Below are positions 45,084 to 53,698 of a stretch of 64,000 nt of DNA, one piece after another. Source of the stretch: Pedosphaera parvula Ellin514. GTDB lineage: Bacteria > Verrucomicrobiota > Verrucomicrobiia > Limisphaerales > JADJPG01. Made by a program: the position numbers and the translations under genes. Location: assembly GCA_943332515.1 (NCBI GenBank), contig CALQPR010000014.1, positions 27,283 to 91,282 on the forward strand. Reading direction: 5' to 3'. A model generated the notes under the pieces. That model was given only the letters and a program-made list of their open reading frames with translations. It ran no database searches and was not told the origin of the DNA. Each line of letters begins with the position of its first letter. Position 1 is the first letter of the stretch.

Positions 45084-45932
45084 TCAGGCAGTTTTGAAGC
45101 GGCGTTCCACCACGCTCATCAGTCGGTCGAGGATGAAGCCCACGATGCCGATGGTCAGAATACACAGGATGATTTGCTCGTAGATGAGTGCGTTGTATTG
45201 CTGCCACAGGAAACCGCCGACGCCCGGCCGGCCCGTGAGCATCTCCGCCGCGACGATGACCAGCCACGCGATGCCGAGGCTCAGGCGGAACCCGGTGAAC
45301 ATGTAGGGCAACGTCGCTGGAATCATCACCTTCGTGAGCGTCTTCCACTTCGAGAGCTTCAGCACCTTGGCCACGTTCAGGTAATCCTGCGGAATGGCGC
45401 GCACGCCGACGGCGGTGTTCAGAACGGTCGGCCACATCGAGCAGATCGCGATGGTGAAGAGCGCGGCGAGCTCACTCGCGTTCTTGCCCGCGCCGAGGAA
45501 CAGCACCATCCCGAGCGGCAGCCAGGCGAGCGGCGAGACGGGGCGCAGCACCTGGATGATCGGGTCGGTCATCTTGGTGAAGAATTTCGAGAGCCCGATC
45601 ATGAAGCCCAGCGGCGTGCCGATGACGAGCGCGATGAGATAGCCCTTCGCAACGAGCACGAGCGACAACCAGGTGAAGCGCAGGATGCCCTGGTCCAGCT
45701 CGCCGCGTTTGGCAAACGGCTCGACGATGTACGGCTTGCTCGACTCCCAGGTCTCGACCACGTTCGGCAGCGCTGGAATCGCCCCGTGCCGTTCCTCGGA
45801 GGCGACGTTGCCATCCGCGTCCTTGGTCACGACCTTCTTTCCGGCGAGGACATGCCAGCCGACGAGGACAATCACCGCGCCGAGAATTGGAAGAATCAGC
45901 CAGTCGAGTTTGAAGGATTTCATAGAAGACAT
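45084..45932 (-). CDS. nrtB: NrtB-type ABC transporter permease
   Basis: 6-TM BPD_transp_1 pattern. RPVSPLAWLPLGMVLF, NTAVGVRAIPQDYLNVAKVLKLSKWKTLTKVMIPATLPYMFTGFRLSLGIAW. Confidence 0.8.
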   Translation of the reverse strand: MSSMKSFKLDWLILPILGAVIVLVGWHVLAGKKVVTKDADGNVASEERHGAIPALPNVVETWESSKPYIVEPFAKRGELDQGILRFTWLSLVLVAKGYLIALVIGTPLGFMIGLSKFFTKMTDPIIQVLRPVSPLAWLPLGMVLFLGAGKNASELAALFTIAICSMWPTVLNTAVGVRAIPQDYLNVAKVLKLSKWKTLTKVMIPATLPYMFTGFRLSLGIAWLVIVAAEMLTGRPGVGGFLWQQYNALIYEQIILCILTIGIVGFILDRLMSVVERRFKTA

Positions 45933-45933
45933 T

Positions 45934-46023
45934 CCTCACGCAAAGGGCGCGAAGGTCGCAAAGGGGTCTTAGGGTTTGCGGTTGAGTTCATAGCTTTGCG
46001 TCCTCTGCGTTCTTTGCGTGAGG
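45934..46023 (-). repeat. Structured intergenic element between the binding-protein and permease genes
   Basis: Perfect 12-bp inverted repeat CCTCACGCAAAG (45934-45945) / CTTTGCGTGAGG (46012-46023). It encloses a second CGCAAAG / CTTTGCG pair. Confidence 0.7.
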
Positions 46024-46036
46024 CTCTTCGGTTTAT

Positions 46037-47287
46037 TCAGCCTTTCGTGTTGCCCACGGCGAAGCCCTTGGCATAAGCCTCCAGGTCGCCCTTTGGATCG
46101 AACTTCACGCCGTCGAACATCTCCCAGCCGGAATCATCGGCGGCACGATCCGTCACGCCGATCTCCTTCATCGCCTCGGCATAGATGTCGCCGCGCATGA
46201 CATTCTTGGCCACGCCGTCGTAGTCCGGCTTGCCCGTGACCATGCCCCAGCGGCGGAACTGCGTGAGCCACCATTTCGCGTAGGAAGCCTGCGGGTAGTT
46301 GCAGTTCCGTTTGCTGAAGTGCATGTAAAACTCGTCCTGCGCCGTGCGGCCGTCGCCGTAGTCGAGCTTGCCTTGCAGGCGGCCGAGGATGATTTCCTTC
46401 TGGCAGTTGATGAAGTTCGGCTTGCTCACGATGTCGCACTGCTCCGGCCGGTTGTTCATGTCGTCCAGCCACACGCTGGCCTCGTGCAATCCCTTGAGCA
46501 CGGCCTTCACCGCCTTCGGATTCTTCCCAGCGAAGTCGCCGGTGAACGCACAGACTTTCTCCGGGTGATCCTTCCAGATGTCCTGCGTGGTGACGGAGGT
46601 GAAGCCGATCTTGTCCGCGATGGCGCGCGCGTTCCATGGCTCGCCCACGCAGTAGCCGTCCATCTTGCCAATCTTCATGTTCGCCACCATCTGTGCCGGC
46701 GGCACGGTGATGAGGGACACGTCCTTGTCCGGATTCACGCCGCCCGCGCCGAGGTAATAGCGCATCCACATGGCGTGCGTGCCGGGCGGGAACGTCATCG
46801 CAAAGGAGAGCGGTTCACCGAGCGACTTGGCCTTCTCCACGAACGGTTTGATGGCCTTGGGATCTGCGCCGACCTTGCCCTTCCATTCCGACTTGAGCGT
46901 GATGGCCTGGCCGTTGCGGTTGAGAATCCACGGAATGACCATCGGCTTCTTCGGCGAACCAAGCAGGCCCATCGTGCTGGCGATGGGCATGCCCAGCAGC
47001 ATGTGCGTCATCTGGTTGTCGCCGGAAGAAAGCGAGTCGCGGATGGCCGCCCAATTCGCGCCCTTGGCGATGGTCACGTCCACGCCGTACTTCTTGAAGA
47101 AGCCCTTCTCCGCCGCGATGACGAGCGGCGAGCAATCCGTCAGCGCGATGATACCGCAACGGAGTTTCGCCGTCTCCGGCGCATCGCTGGCGTAAGCAGA
47201 GCCCACCCAGCCCTTGGGCAGACCGCCGAACAGGGCGGCGGCACCGAGACCTTTGGCCGTGGAACGAAGAAATGAACGACGGTTCAT
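46037..47287 (-). CDS. nrtA: NrtA/CmpA-family periplasmic substrate-binding protein with Tat signal
   Basis: ATG at 47287 gives MNRRSFLRSTAKGLGAAALFGGL (an alternative ATG at 47314 adds MHSNSLLPD). LRCGIIALTDCSPLVIAAEKGFFKKYGVDVTIAKGANWAAIRD..., DGYCVGEPWNARA. Substrate (nitrate, bicarbonate or cyanate) not decidable by eye. Confidence 0.82.
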   Translation of the reverse strand: MNRRSFLRSTAKGLGAAALFGGLPKGWVGSAYASDAPETAKLRCGIIALTDCSPLVIAAEKGFFKKYGVDVTIAKGANWAAIRDSLSSGDNQMTHMLLGMPIASTMGLLGSPKKPMVIPWILNRNGQAITLKSEWKGKVGADPKAIKPFVEKAKSLGEPLSFAMTFPPGTHAMWMRYYLGAGGVNPDKDVSLITVPPAQMVANMKIGKMDGYCVGEPWNARAIADKIGFTSVTTQDIWKDHPEKVCAFTGDFAGKNPKAVKAVLKGLHEASVWLDDMNNRPEQCDIVSKPNFINCQKEIILGRLQGKLDYGDGRTAQDEFYMHFSKRNCNYPQASYAKWWLTQFRRWGMVTGKPDYDGVAKNVMRGDIYAEAMKEIGVTDRAADDSGWEMFDGVKFDPKGDLEAYAKGFAVGNTKG

Positions 47288-47288
47288 A

Positions 47289-48365
47289 TCAGGCAGGAGT
47301 GAGTTCGAGTGCATCGGGATTGGTTTGTTCGGTGGAGTTGAGGAGTTGTCTGGCTTGTTGGTAGAGGTCCGCACGGAAGACCGCGCCGGAGGCGAGCGTG
47401 CGGATGGCGGTCCGATCCTGGATGACGCCGAGCCGCAAAAGATGTTCGAGAATCCATTGCGCCTTGCCGATGGAGGGCTCATTCGCCTCGTCCCCGGCGA
47501 AGCGATGGAAGCCGGGCACCATCTCGGTGCGGTCCGCGCCAAACTGGAACGGGCCGCTGATGCTGCGCCGCAGGAGCGCAGGCGAGGCGTTGACGTAGTT
47601 CGGCCGGGAAAGCGTGTCGATCACCCGCTCGCGATTTCCCGGCTTCTCACAGAAGGCGCACGCCTCCAAAAGCGCGGCGATCAGGCGCAGATGTTCACTG
47701 GAGTGGGTCTCCGTGAAATCGCGGCGAACCATCAGCACCTTCTCCGCGTGACCGGGCGCGAGCTGCGCGCTGACAGCCGGACACCAGCCATCGCCGGATT
47801 CCACCGCGACAGAATTCCAAGGTTCACCCACGCAGTAGCCGTCGAGATTGCCGGCCTTCAAGTTCATGAACATCGCCGGAGGCGGCACCACGACGATGTG
47901 AACGTCCTTGTCCGGATCGATGCCCGCCGACGCAAGCCACGAGCGCAGCAGGAAGTTGTGCGAGGACCACTGGAAGACCACGCCGAAGGTGAACGTCTTC
48001 GTTCCCCGGCAACGTTCGATCTCCGAGCGCAACGTCCGCGCATCCCGCACGCCGCGCTGGCGCAGGTCGCGGGAAAGCGTGATGGCGTTGCCGTGGAGAT
48101 TCAGCACCAGCCCTGTCACGCATTCGCTGCGAATCGAGCCCAGCCCCAGCGTCGCCGCGAAGGGCATCACCGAGAGCGCATGGGCTGCTTCCAGGTCGCC
48201 GTAGAGAATCTTGTCGCGAATGGTCGCCCAGCCCGGCTGGCACTGAAGCTCCACATTGAGATCATATTTGGCAAAGAGACCCAGCTCCTGCGCCATCACC
48301 AGCGGAGCGCAATCAACAAGGGGGACAAAACCAACGCGGAGAACTTTTGATTTGCTTACGGCCAT
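47289..48365 (-). CDS. Cytoplasmic (signal-less) NrtA/NasS-like solute-binding protein, probable sensor/regulatory subunit
   Basis: ATG at 48365 gives MAVSKSKVLRVGFVPLVDCAPLVMAQELGLFAKYDLNVEL...DGYCVGEPWNSVA, with no signal peptide. The track N-terminus (48366-48755) crosses the leuA terminator and is rejected. Confidence 0.78.
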   Translation of the reverse strand: MAVSKSKVLRVGFVPLVDCAPLVMAQELGLFAKYDLNVELQCQPGWATIRDKILYGDLEAAHALSVMPFAATLGLGSIRSECVTGLVLNLHGNAITLSRDLRQRGVRDARTLRSEIERCRGTKTFTFGVVFQWSSHNFLLRSWLASAGIDPDKDVHIVVVPPPAMFMNLKAGNLDGYCVGEPWNSVAVESGDGWCPAVSAQLAPGHAEKVLMVRRDFTETHSSEHLRLIAALLEACAFCEKPGNRERVIDTLSRPNYVNASPALLRRSISGPFQFGADRTEMVPGFHRFAGDEANEPSIGKAQWILEHLLRLGVIQDRTAIRTLASGAVFRADLYQQARQLLNSTEQTNPDALELTPA

Positions 48366-48700
48366 ATACTTTGTGCGGTTGTGCGGCTTTCCCGCGCACC
48401 CTCCCTTTAGCCGTGCCCATGCCATCGCTCCCAGGGCACGGTGAAAGACCAAGGAATACTTTAATTGCGGGAATGAAATGCATTCATGATTCCTGGCTCT
48501 GACGCGCAAACGGTTGCTAACTGGCCCTCCGGCCATCGACGACGTCCCGCTGTCAAACACCTGACGGGACGGGCCCTTGCCGAGATCGAACAGCAGAACA
48601 GCGCCGATAGCCGGCCGGAATCCCTCCAAGTGATCTGTTTTGCGCAGCGACCTCCGCGCACGACGGCTAATAATCGACAGCCATCGCCGTGCACCCCTCA

Positions 48701-48746
48701 GAAAAGCAAAACAACCAGCGCACTCGGTTGAGCGCGCCGGTTGTTT
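48701..48746 (-). terminator. Rho-independent terminator of leuA
   Basis: Minus strand AAACAACCGGCGC...GCGCTGGTTGTTT (13-bp stem with one G.U) followed by TGCTTTTC. Confidence 0.75.
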
Positions 48747-48769
48747 CGTGAGCAACGTGTGGCCGACAG

Positions 48770-50332
48770 TTACGGCTTCGTACCCTTGGGCGCGCGCGGC
48801 TGGCTATGGCCGAGGAACCGGTTCGCCGCGTTCAAGTAAGCGCGCGCGCTGCCTTCGATGACATCCGTGCTTGCGGCCTTGCCGGTCACGAGATCGCCAT
48901 CGCCAAAGTCCACCTTCACCGTCACTTCGCCGAGCGCGTCCTTGCCTTCGCTCACAGCGCGGAGCTGGTAATCCATGAGCTTGCCACGCGTCTTCATGAT
49001 GCGGTCCATCGCCTTCAACGCCGCGTCCACCGGACCGTCGCCGATGCTCGCATCCTGCTGAAGCTCGCCGTCCTTCTTCGCGGAATGCTTCAAGCGCACC
49101 GTCGCCGTCGGCACCGTCTGGCTGCCGCTGCTGACGCTGATGTAATCGAGCGACCACGTCTCCGGCACTTCGGCGATCTGACCTTCCACGAGCGCGGAGA
49201 GATCGTCGTCATAGACGAACTTCTTCTTGTCCCCGATTTCCTTGAAGCGCACGAAGATGGCCGCCACGTCTTCATCCGTCATCTTGAATCCAAGATGCTT
49301 CAAACGGGAGGCGACGGCGGCGCGTCCGCTGTGCTTGGTGAGCGGCAATTCCGTGAGGCCCCAACCGACATCGCGCGGGTCCATGATCTCGTAGGTCTCG
49401 CGCTTCTTGAGAATGCCGTCCTGATGAATGCCGCTGCCGTGCGCGAACGCGGTCGCGCCGACGATGGCCTTGTTCCGCGGCACCGGGAAGCTGCACATGC
49501 GCGAGACGAGCCGCGACGTCTTCACGAGCTCGCGATGCTTGATGCCCGTGTGAAGCCCGTTGAACATGTCGTTGCGGGTGCGCACGGCCATGACGAACTC
49601 TTCGAGCGCCGTGTTGCCCGCGCGTTCGCCGATGCCGTTGATCGTTCCTTCGACCTGACGCGCGCCACCTTGCACCGCGGCGAGCGCGTTGGCGACGGCG
49701 AGGCCGAGGTCATCGTGGCAATGCGCGCTGAAGATGACATTCTTCGCACCGCGCGCGTTGGCGATGATGTGGCGGAACATCCGCTCGTATTCCATCGGCG
49801 TCGCGTAGCCGGTGGTGTCCGGCATGTTGATGGTGGTCGCGCCCGCCTCGATGGCGGCCTCGACGACCTTCACAAGGAAATCGAGCTCCGTGCGCGACGC
49901 GTCCTCCGGCGAGAACTCCACGTCCTTCACGAACGCCTTCGCGCGCTTCACGCCGTCGATGGCGAGGCGGATGATTTCGTTCTGCGCCTTCCCGAGCTTG
50001 AACTCGCGATGGAGCTTCGACGTGCCAAGGAAGACATGGATGCGGCCCTTCTTCCCGGCGGGCTTGATGGCGTGGCCGGCGGCTTCAATGTCCTTCGGCA
50101 CGCAGCGGGCAAGTCCGCAGATGACGGGGCCTTTGACTTCACGGGCGATCTCCTGCACGGATGCGAAGTCGCCCTCGCTCGCCACAGGGAAACCGGCCTC
50201 AATGATATCCACGCCAAGCCGTGCGAGCTGGCGGGCGATTTCGAGCTTTTCGCGCGGCGTCATGGCGGCGCCGGGGCATTGCTCGCCGTCGCGGAGCGTG
50301 GTGTCGAATATGATGATGCGGTCGTTTTTCAT
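48770..50332 (-). CDS. leuA: 2-isopropylmalate synthase
   Basis: IIIFDTTLRDGEQCPGAAMT, HCHDDLGLAVANALAAV, GIGERAGNTALEE, C-terminal LeuA dimerisation/regulatory region. 520 aa. Confidence 0.96.
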   Translation of the reverse strand: MKNDRIIIFDTTLRDGEQCPGAAMTPREKLEIARQLARLGVDIIEAGFPVASEGDFASVQEIAREVKGPVICGLARCVPKDIEAAGHAIKPAGKKGRIHVFLGTSKLHREFKLGKAQNEIIRLAIDGVKRAKAFVKDVEFSPEDASRTELDFLVKVVEAAIEAGATTINMPDTTGYATPMEYERMFRHIIANARGAKNVIFSAHCHDDLGLAVANALAAVQGGARQVEGTINGIGERAGNTALEEFVMAVRTRNDMFNGLHTGIKHRELVKTSRLVSRMCSFPVPRNKAIVGATAFAHGSGIHQDGILKKRETYEIMDPRDVGWGLTELPLTKHSGRAAVASRLKHLGFKMTDEDVAAIFVRFKEIGDKKKFVYDDDLSALVEGQIAEVPETWSLDYISVSSGSQTVPTATVRLKHSAKKDGELQQDASIGDGPVDAALKAMDRIMKTRGKLMDYQLRAVSEGKDALGEVTVKVDFGDGDLVTGKAASTDVIEGSARAYLNAANRFLGHSQPRAPKGTKP

Positions 50333-50380
50333 GTTGCTTGCTTTCTATGTTGAGGCGGCGCGGCTCACGTTCATCCCGTT

Positions 50381-50421
50381 GAAAAACAAAAACCCCACCG
50401 CCGGTTTTGGCAGTGGGGTTT
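50381..50421 (-). terminator. Intrinsic terminator inside the leuA 5' leader (candidate attenuator)
   Basis: Minus strand AAACCCCAC-TGCCAAAACCGGCG-GTGGGGTTT followed by TTGTTTTTC. It lies 49-89 nt upstream of the leuA ATG. No minus-strand gene lies upstream of it that it could terminate. Confidence 0.65.
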
Positions 50422-50629
50422 GAACTTACAAAGTCTCGTCAACACCCGCCTGCCGCGCTGCGCAAAAGCAGCGCGCTGGTAAGCAGCAGAGTATTGATGT
50501 TCAAATTCACGTGGCAGGACGCTAATCCTGCCCGCCCAGACGGTCAATTTCATTTTTCTGTGCGTCCGACAAGTCAGCACAACACAGTTCAAGCATCTGC
50601 GCCTCGCCGGGCTCGTGGCTTTACACGTC

Positions 50630-51742
50630 ATGACCGGGCGCCTATCCTCCGTCACAGTGACAGAAACACGAAAAACTCGCGTGGTGGTGGGCATGAGCGG
50701 CGGAGTGGATTCCTCTGCGGCGGCGGCGTTGCTCGTCGAGCAGGGCTACGACGTCATCGGCATCACGCTCAAGCTCTGGCCGCAGGATTGCGTCAATCGC
50801 GCGGAAGACAAATGCTGCGGACCGCAGGCCGTCACGGACGCTCGCGCCGTCTCGCACAAGCTGGACATCCCTTACTATCTCGTCGATGAGGCGGAGGAAT
50901 TCCAGAAGCACGTCATCAACTATTTTGCCGAAGAATATCGCGCCGGCCGCACGCCAAACCCGTGCGTGATGTGCAACGACCGCCTGAAATTCGGCACGCT
51001 CATCAGCCGCGCGCACAAGCTCGGCGCGGAACTGATCGCCACCGGCCACTTTGCTCGCGTGGAGCCCAGCGCCGACGGCACGCGCCATCTGCTGAAGCGC
51101 GGACGCGATTCGCGCAAGGACCAGAGCTACTTCCTCTTCACGCTGAAACAGGATCAGCTCGCCCGCACGTTGTTCCCGCTCGGCGAACTGACCAAGAGCG
51201 ACACCCGCGAGATCGCCCGCGAGTGCGAACTCAAGACCGCCGACAAGGAGGAGAGCATGGAAATCTGTTTCGTGCCGGACAAAGATTACGGGAAGTTCCT
51301 CCAGGACGCCAACCTCGTGCAGAAGCATCAGGGCGATGTCGTCGATCTTCACGGCCGAGTGCTCGGCAAGCACGACGGGATCGAGTTCTACACCATCGGG
51401 CAGCGCAAAGGCCTCGGCATCTCGTCGCCCAAGCCCATCTACGTGATCGAGCTGGATGCGAAGAACAATCGCGTGATCGTTGGCGATGATTCCGCGCTCG
51501 ACCGCGACACATTCACCGTGCAGCGCTGCAACTGGATTCCGTGGGAGACGCCACCTGCAAGCATCGAGGCCACCGCGAAGATCCGCTACAATCATCCCGG
51601 AACGCCCGCGACCATCACCACTCTTCCCAACGGCGACGCGACGGTGAAGCTTCACACGCCACAGCGCGCCATCACCCCCGGCCAGGCCTGCGTCTTCTAT
51701 CAGGACGACCTCGTGCTCGGCGGCGGGTGGATTGCCCGGTAG
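50630..51742 (+). CDS. mnmA: tRNA 2-thiouridine(34) synthase MnmA
   Basis: VVVGMSGGVDSSAAAALLVEQGYDVIGITLKLW, NPCVMCN, ATGHFAR, KDQSYFL. ATG at 50630; the track GTG is at 50615. Confidence 0.93.
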   Translation: MTGRLSSVTVTETRKTRVVVGMSGGVDSSAAAALLVEQGYDVIGITLKLWPQDCVNRAEDKCCGPQAVTDARAVSHKLDIPYYLVDEAEEFQKHVINYFAEEYRAGRTPNPCVMCNDRLKFGTLISRAHKLGAELIATGHFARVEPSADGTRHLLKRGRDSRKDQSYFLFTLKQDQLARTLFPLGELTKSDTREIARECELKTADKEESMEICFVPDKDYGKFLQDANLVQKHQGDVVDLHGRVLGKHDGIEFYTIGQRKGLGISSPKPIYVIELDAKNNRVIVGDDSALDRDTFTVQRCNWIPWETPPASIEATAKIRYNHPGTPATITTLPNGDATVKLHTPQRAITPGQACVFYQDDLVLGGGWIAR

Positions 51743-51770
51743 AAATTCTCTCACTGCCTTTCCAACAGGA

Positions 51771-51805
51771 CTGACGCATCCCCTGCCAACGACCCTATGC
51801 GTCAG
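51771..51805 (+). terminator. Stem-loop after mnmA (candidate terminator, no clear U-tract)
   Basis: 9-bp stem CTGACGCAT / ATGCGTCAG with a 17-nt loop. Confidence 0.35.
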
Positions 51806-51866
51806 CCCTGTAGTCTGAACGGAGCCGTCTCGACAAAGCCTTTCGGCCACGCCTAATCTTCCGGCA

Positions 51867-52655
51867 ATGCAATTGTCGAATCGCCCGCTCATCATCGCAG
51901 GACGCGAGTTCCGTTCCCGGCTGTTTCTCGGGACCGGAAAATTCTCCTCGCCCGAAGCGATGCGCGACGCTCTCGCCGCCAGCGGTGCGGAGATCGTCAC
52001 CGTCGCCCTGCGTCGCGCTGATCTCAGCGGGAAGAAGGATCCCTTCGCAAACATCCTCGAATTCATCGACCCCAAGCGCTATCTGCTCCTCCCGAATACC
52101 AGCGGCGCGATGAACGCCGAGGAAGCCGTCCGCCTTGCCCGTCTCGCCGCCGCCGCCGGACTGCCGAAATGGGTTAAGTTGGAAATCCATCCGGACCCGC
52201 GCTACCTGCTTCCCGATCCCATCGAGACCTTCAAAGCCGCCGAGCAGCTCGTGAAGGAAGGCTTCACCGTCCTGCCCTACATCAACGCCGACCCCGTGCT
52301 CGCCAAACGCCTGCAAGACATCGGCACCGCCACCGTCATGCCGCTTGGATCGCCGATCGGTTCGAATCGCGGCATCCAGACCCGTGACCAGATTCGCATC
52401 ATCATCGAGCAGGCCACCGTTCCCGTCGTCGTCGATGCCGGACTCGGCGCGCCCAGCCATGCTGCCGAAGCGATGGAGCTCGGCGCGGATGCCGTGCTCG
52501 TCAACACCGCCATCGCCATCGCGTCCGATCCGAACCGCATGGCCATCGCCTTCAAAACCGCCGTCGAAGCAGGCCGTGCCGCCTACGAAATGGGCATTGG
52601 AGCCCAGCACGACACCGCCAGTGCGACCAGTCCGCTGACCGGATTTCTCGACTGA
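51867..52655 (+). CDS. thiG: Thiazole synthase
   Basis: [71 protein letters not shown]. Confidence 0.94.
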   Translation: MQLSNRPLIIAGREFRSRLFLGTGKFSSPEAMRDALAASGAEIVTVALRRADLSGKKDPFANILEFIDPKRYLLLPNTSGAMNAEEAVRLARLAAAAGLPKWVKLEIHPDPRYLLPDPIETFKAAEQLVKEGFTVLPYINADPVLAKRLQDIGTATVMPLGSPIGSNRGIQTRDQIRIIIEQATVPVVVDAGLGAPSHAAEAMELGADAVLVNTAIAIASDPNRMAIAFKTAVEAGRAAYEMGIGAQHDTASATSPLTGFLD

Positions 52656-52678
52656 CCATCATCCATGGCCCCTATCCT

Positions 52679-53686
52679 ATGACCAAACTCTCCGCCCAAC
52701 GCGTCACCAAGCTCCTCACCGCCGCCCGCCGCTCGCGCATCCTCGTCGTCGGCGACGTCATGCTCGATCAGTTCATCTGGGGCAGTGTCAGCCGCATCTC
52801 GCCGGAAGCCCCCGTGCCCGTCGTTGATTTCAAGAGCGAGAGCTTCATGCCCGGCGGCGCGGCCAACGTCGCCCGCAACCTCTCCGCCCTCGGCGCTGCG
52901 CCGGAACTCTTTGGCGTCGTCGGTGACGATGATTCCGCCCTCCGCATGCGCGAACTCCTGCGCGAACAGCACGTCGGCTGCGGCGGACTCATTACGCATT
53001 CCTCCCGCCCCACCAGCATCAAGACCCGCATCGTCGCGCATCAACAACAGGTCGTCCGGGTGGATCGCGAATCGAAGACACCTCTCGACAATGCGACTAC
53101 TGCCCAGTTACTCGAAGCCATCGAGCATCGGCTGAAAGGCGCGGACGCCGTCATCGTCGGCGACTACGGCAAAGGCGTCGTCACTCAAAACCTCGTCGAT
53201 GCGTTGAAGGAGATCTGCAGTAAACGCGGTGTCTGGTTGAGCTTTGATCCGAAACCGGTGCATCACCTCAATCTCACCGATCTCTCGCTCATCACCCCGA
53301 ACCGCAAGGAAGCCTTCGAGCTGTCCGACCTGCCGGACGATACGCGACACGCGAACCCCCTCTCGGACCTCAACCTCATCCGCACGGCGGAGCGACTGCT
53401 GAAAGATCTCTCCCCCGCCCTGCTCCTGATCACGCTCGGCGAACAAGGCATGCTGCTCTGTCGCCAGGGCCAGAAGCTGATTCACATCCCGACCGTCGCG
53501 CAGGAAGTCTTCGATGTCTCCGGCGCCGGCGACACCGTCATCGCGTCCTTCACCCTAGCCATCGCCGCCGGCGCATCGCCGCTCGAAGCCGCCATCGTTT
53601 CCAATCACGCCGCCGGAGTCGTCGTCGGCAAAGTCGGCACCGCCATCGTCACGCCCAAGGAACTGGTCGCGAGCTTCAAGCGATAG
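52679..53686 (+). CDS. D-glycero-beta-D-manno-heptose-7-phosphate kinase (RfaE/HldE domain I only; PfkB family)
   Basis: ILVVGDVMLDQFIWGSVSRISPEAPVPVV, PGGAANVARNL, DVSGAGDTVIA. 335 aa, no adenylyltransferase domain. Confidence 0.85.
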   Translation: MTKLSAQRVTKLLTAARRSRILVVGDVMLDQFIWGSVSRISPEAPVPVVDFKSESFMPGGAANVARNLSALGAAPELFGVVGDDDSALRMRELLREQHVGCGGLITHSSRPTSIKTRIVAHQQQVVRVDRESKTPLDNATTAQLLEAIEHRLKGADAVIVGDYGKGVVTQNLVDALKEICSKRGVWLSFDPKPVHHLNLTDLSLITPNRKEAFELSDLPDDTRHANPLSDLNLIRTAERLLKDLSPALLLITLGEQGMLLCRQGQKLIHIPTVAQEVFDVSGAGDTVIASFTLAIAAGASPLEAAIVSNHAAGVVVGKVGTAIVTPKELVASFKR

Positions 53687-53698
53687 CACGCAGCAGCA

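Noticed and set aside
47288-47542. N-terminal extension of the nrtA ORF (MARTAPRWCPASIAS...)
   Set aside because: It overlaps the 3' end of the upstream NasS-like gene in another frame. The Tat signal begins at MNRRSFL (47287), or at the ATG at 47314 at most.
48366-48755. 130-codon N-terminal extension of the NasS-like ORF
   Set aside because: It runs through the leuA rho-independent terminator (48701-48746) and shows no NrtA homology. The domain starts right after the ATG at 48365.
48806-50353. 515-aa plus-strand ORF
   Set aside because: It is antisense to leuA, whose minus-strand translation is unmistakable. It is a typical high-GC shadow ORF.
50333-50560. T-box riboswitch upstream of leuA
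   Set aside because: I found no AGGGUGGNACCGCG-like T-box sequence or specifier-loop architecture, and the lineage is atypical for T-boxes. I kept the terminator/antiterminator observation but not the T-box label.
50522-50596. 24-codon minus-strand mini-ORF MLELCCADLSDAQKNEIDRLGGQD as a possible leucine leader peptide for leuA attenuation
   Set aside because: It has only 4 scattered Leu codons and no tandem Leu run. It also overlaps the putative -35/-10 elements. This is not convincing as a classical leader peptide, so it is mentioned only as an unlikely option.
50642-52075. 477-aa minus-strand ORF spanning the mnmA-thiG interval, plus the 271-aa ORF at 51795-52610
   Set aside because: They are antisense to mnmA and thiG, cross an intergenic region, and have shadow-ORF composition.
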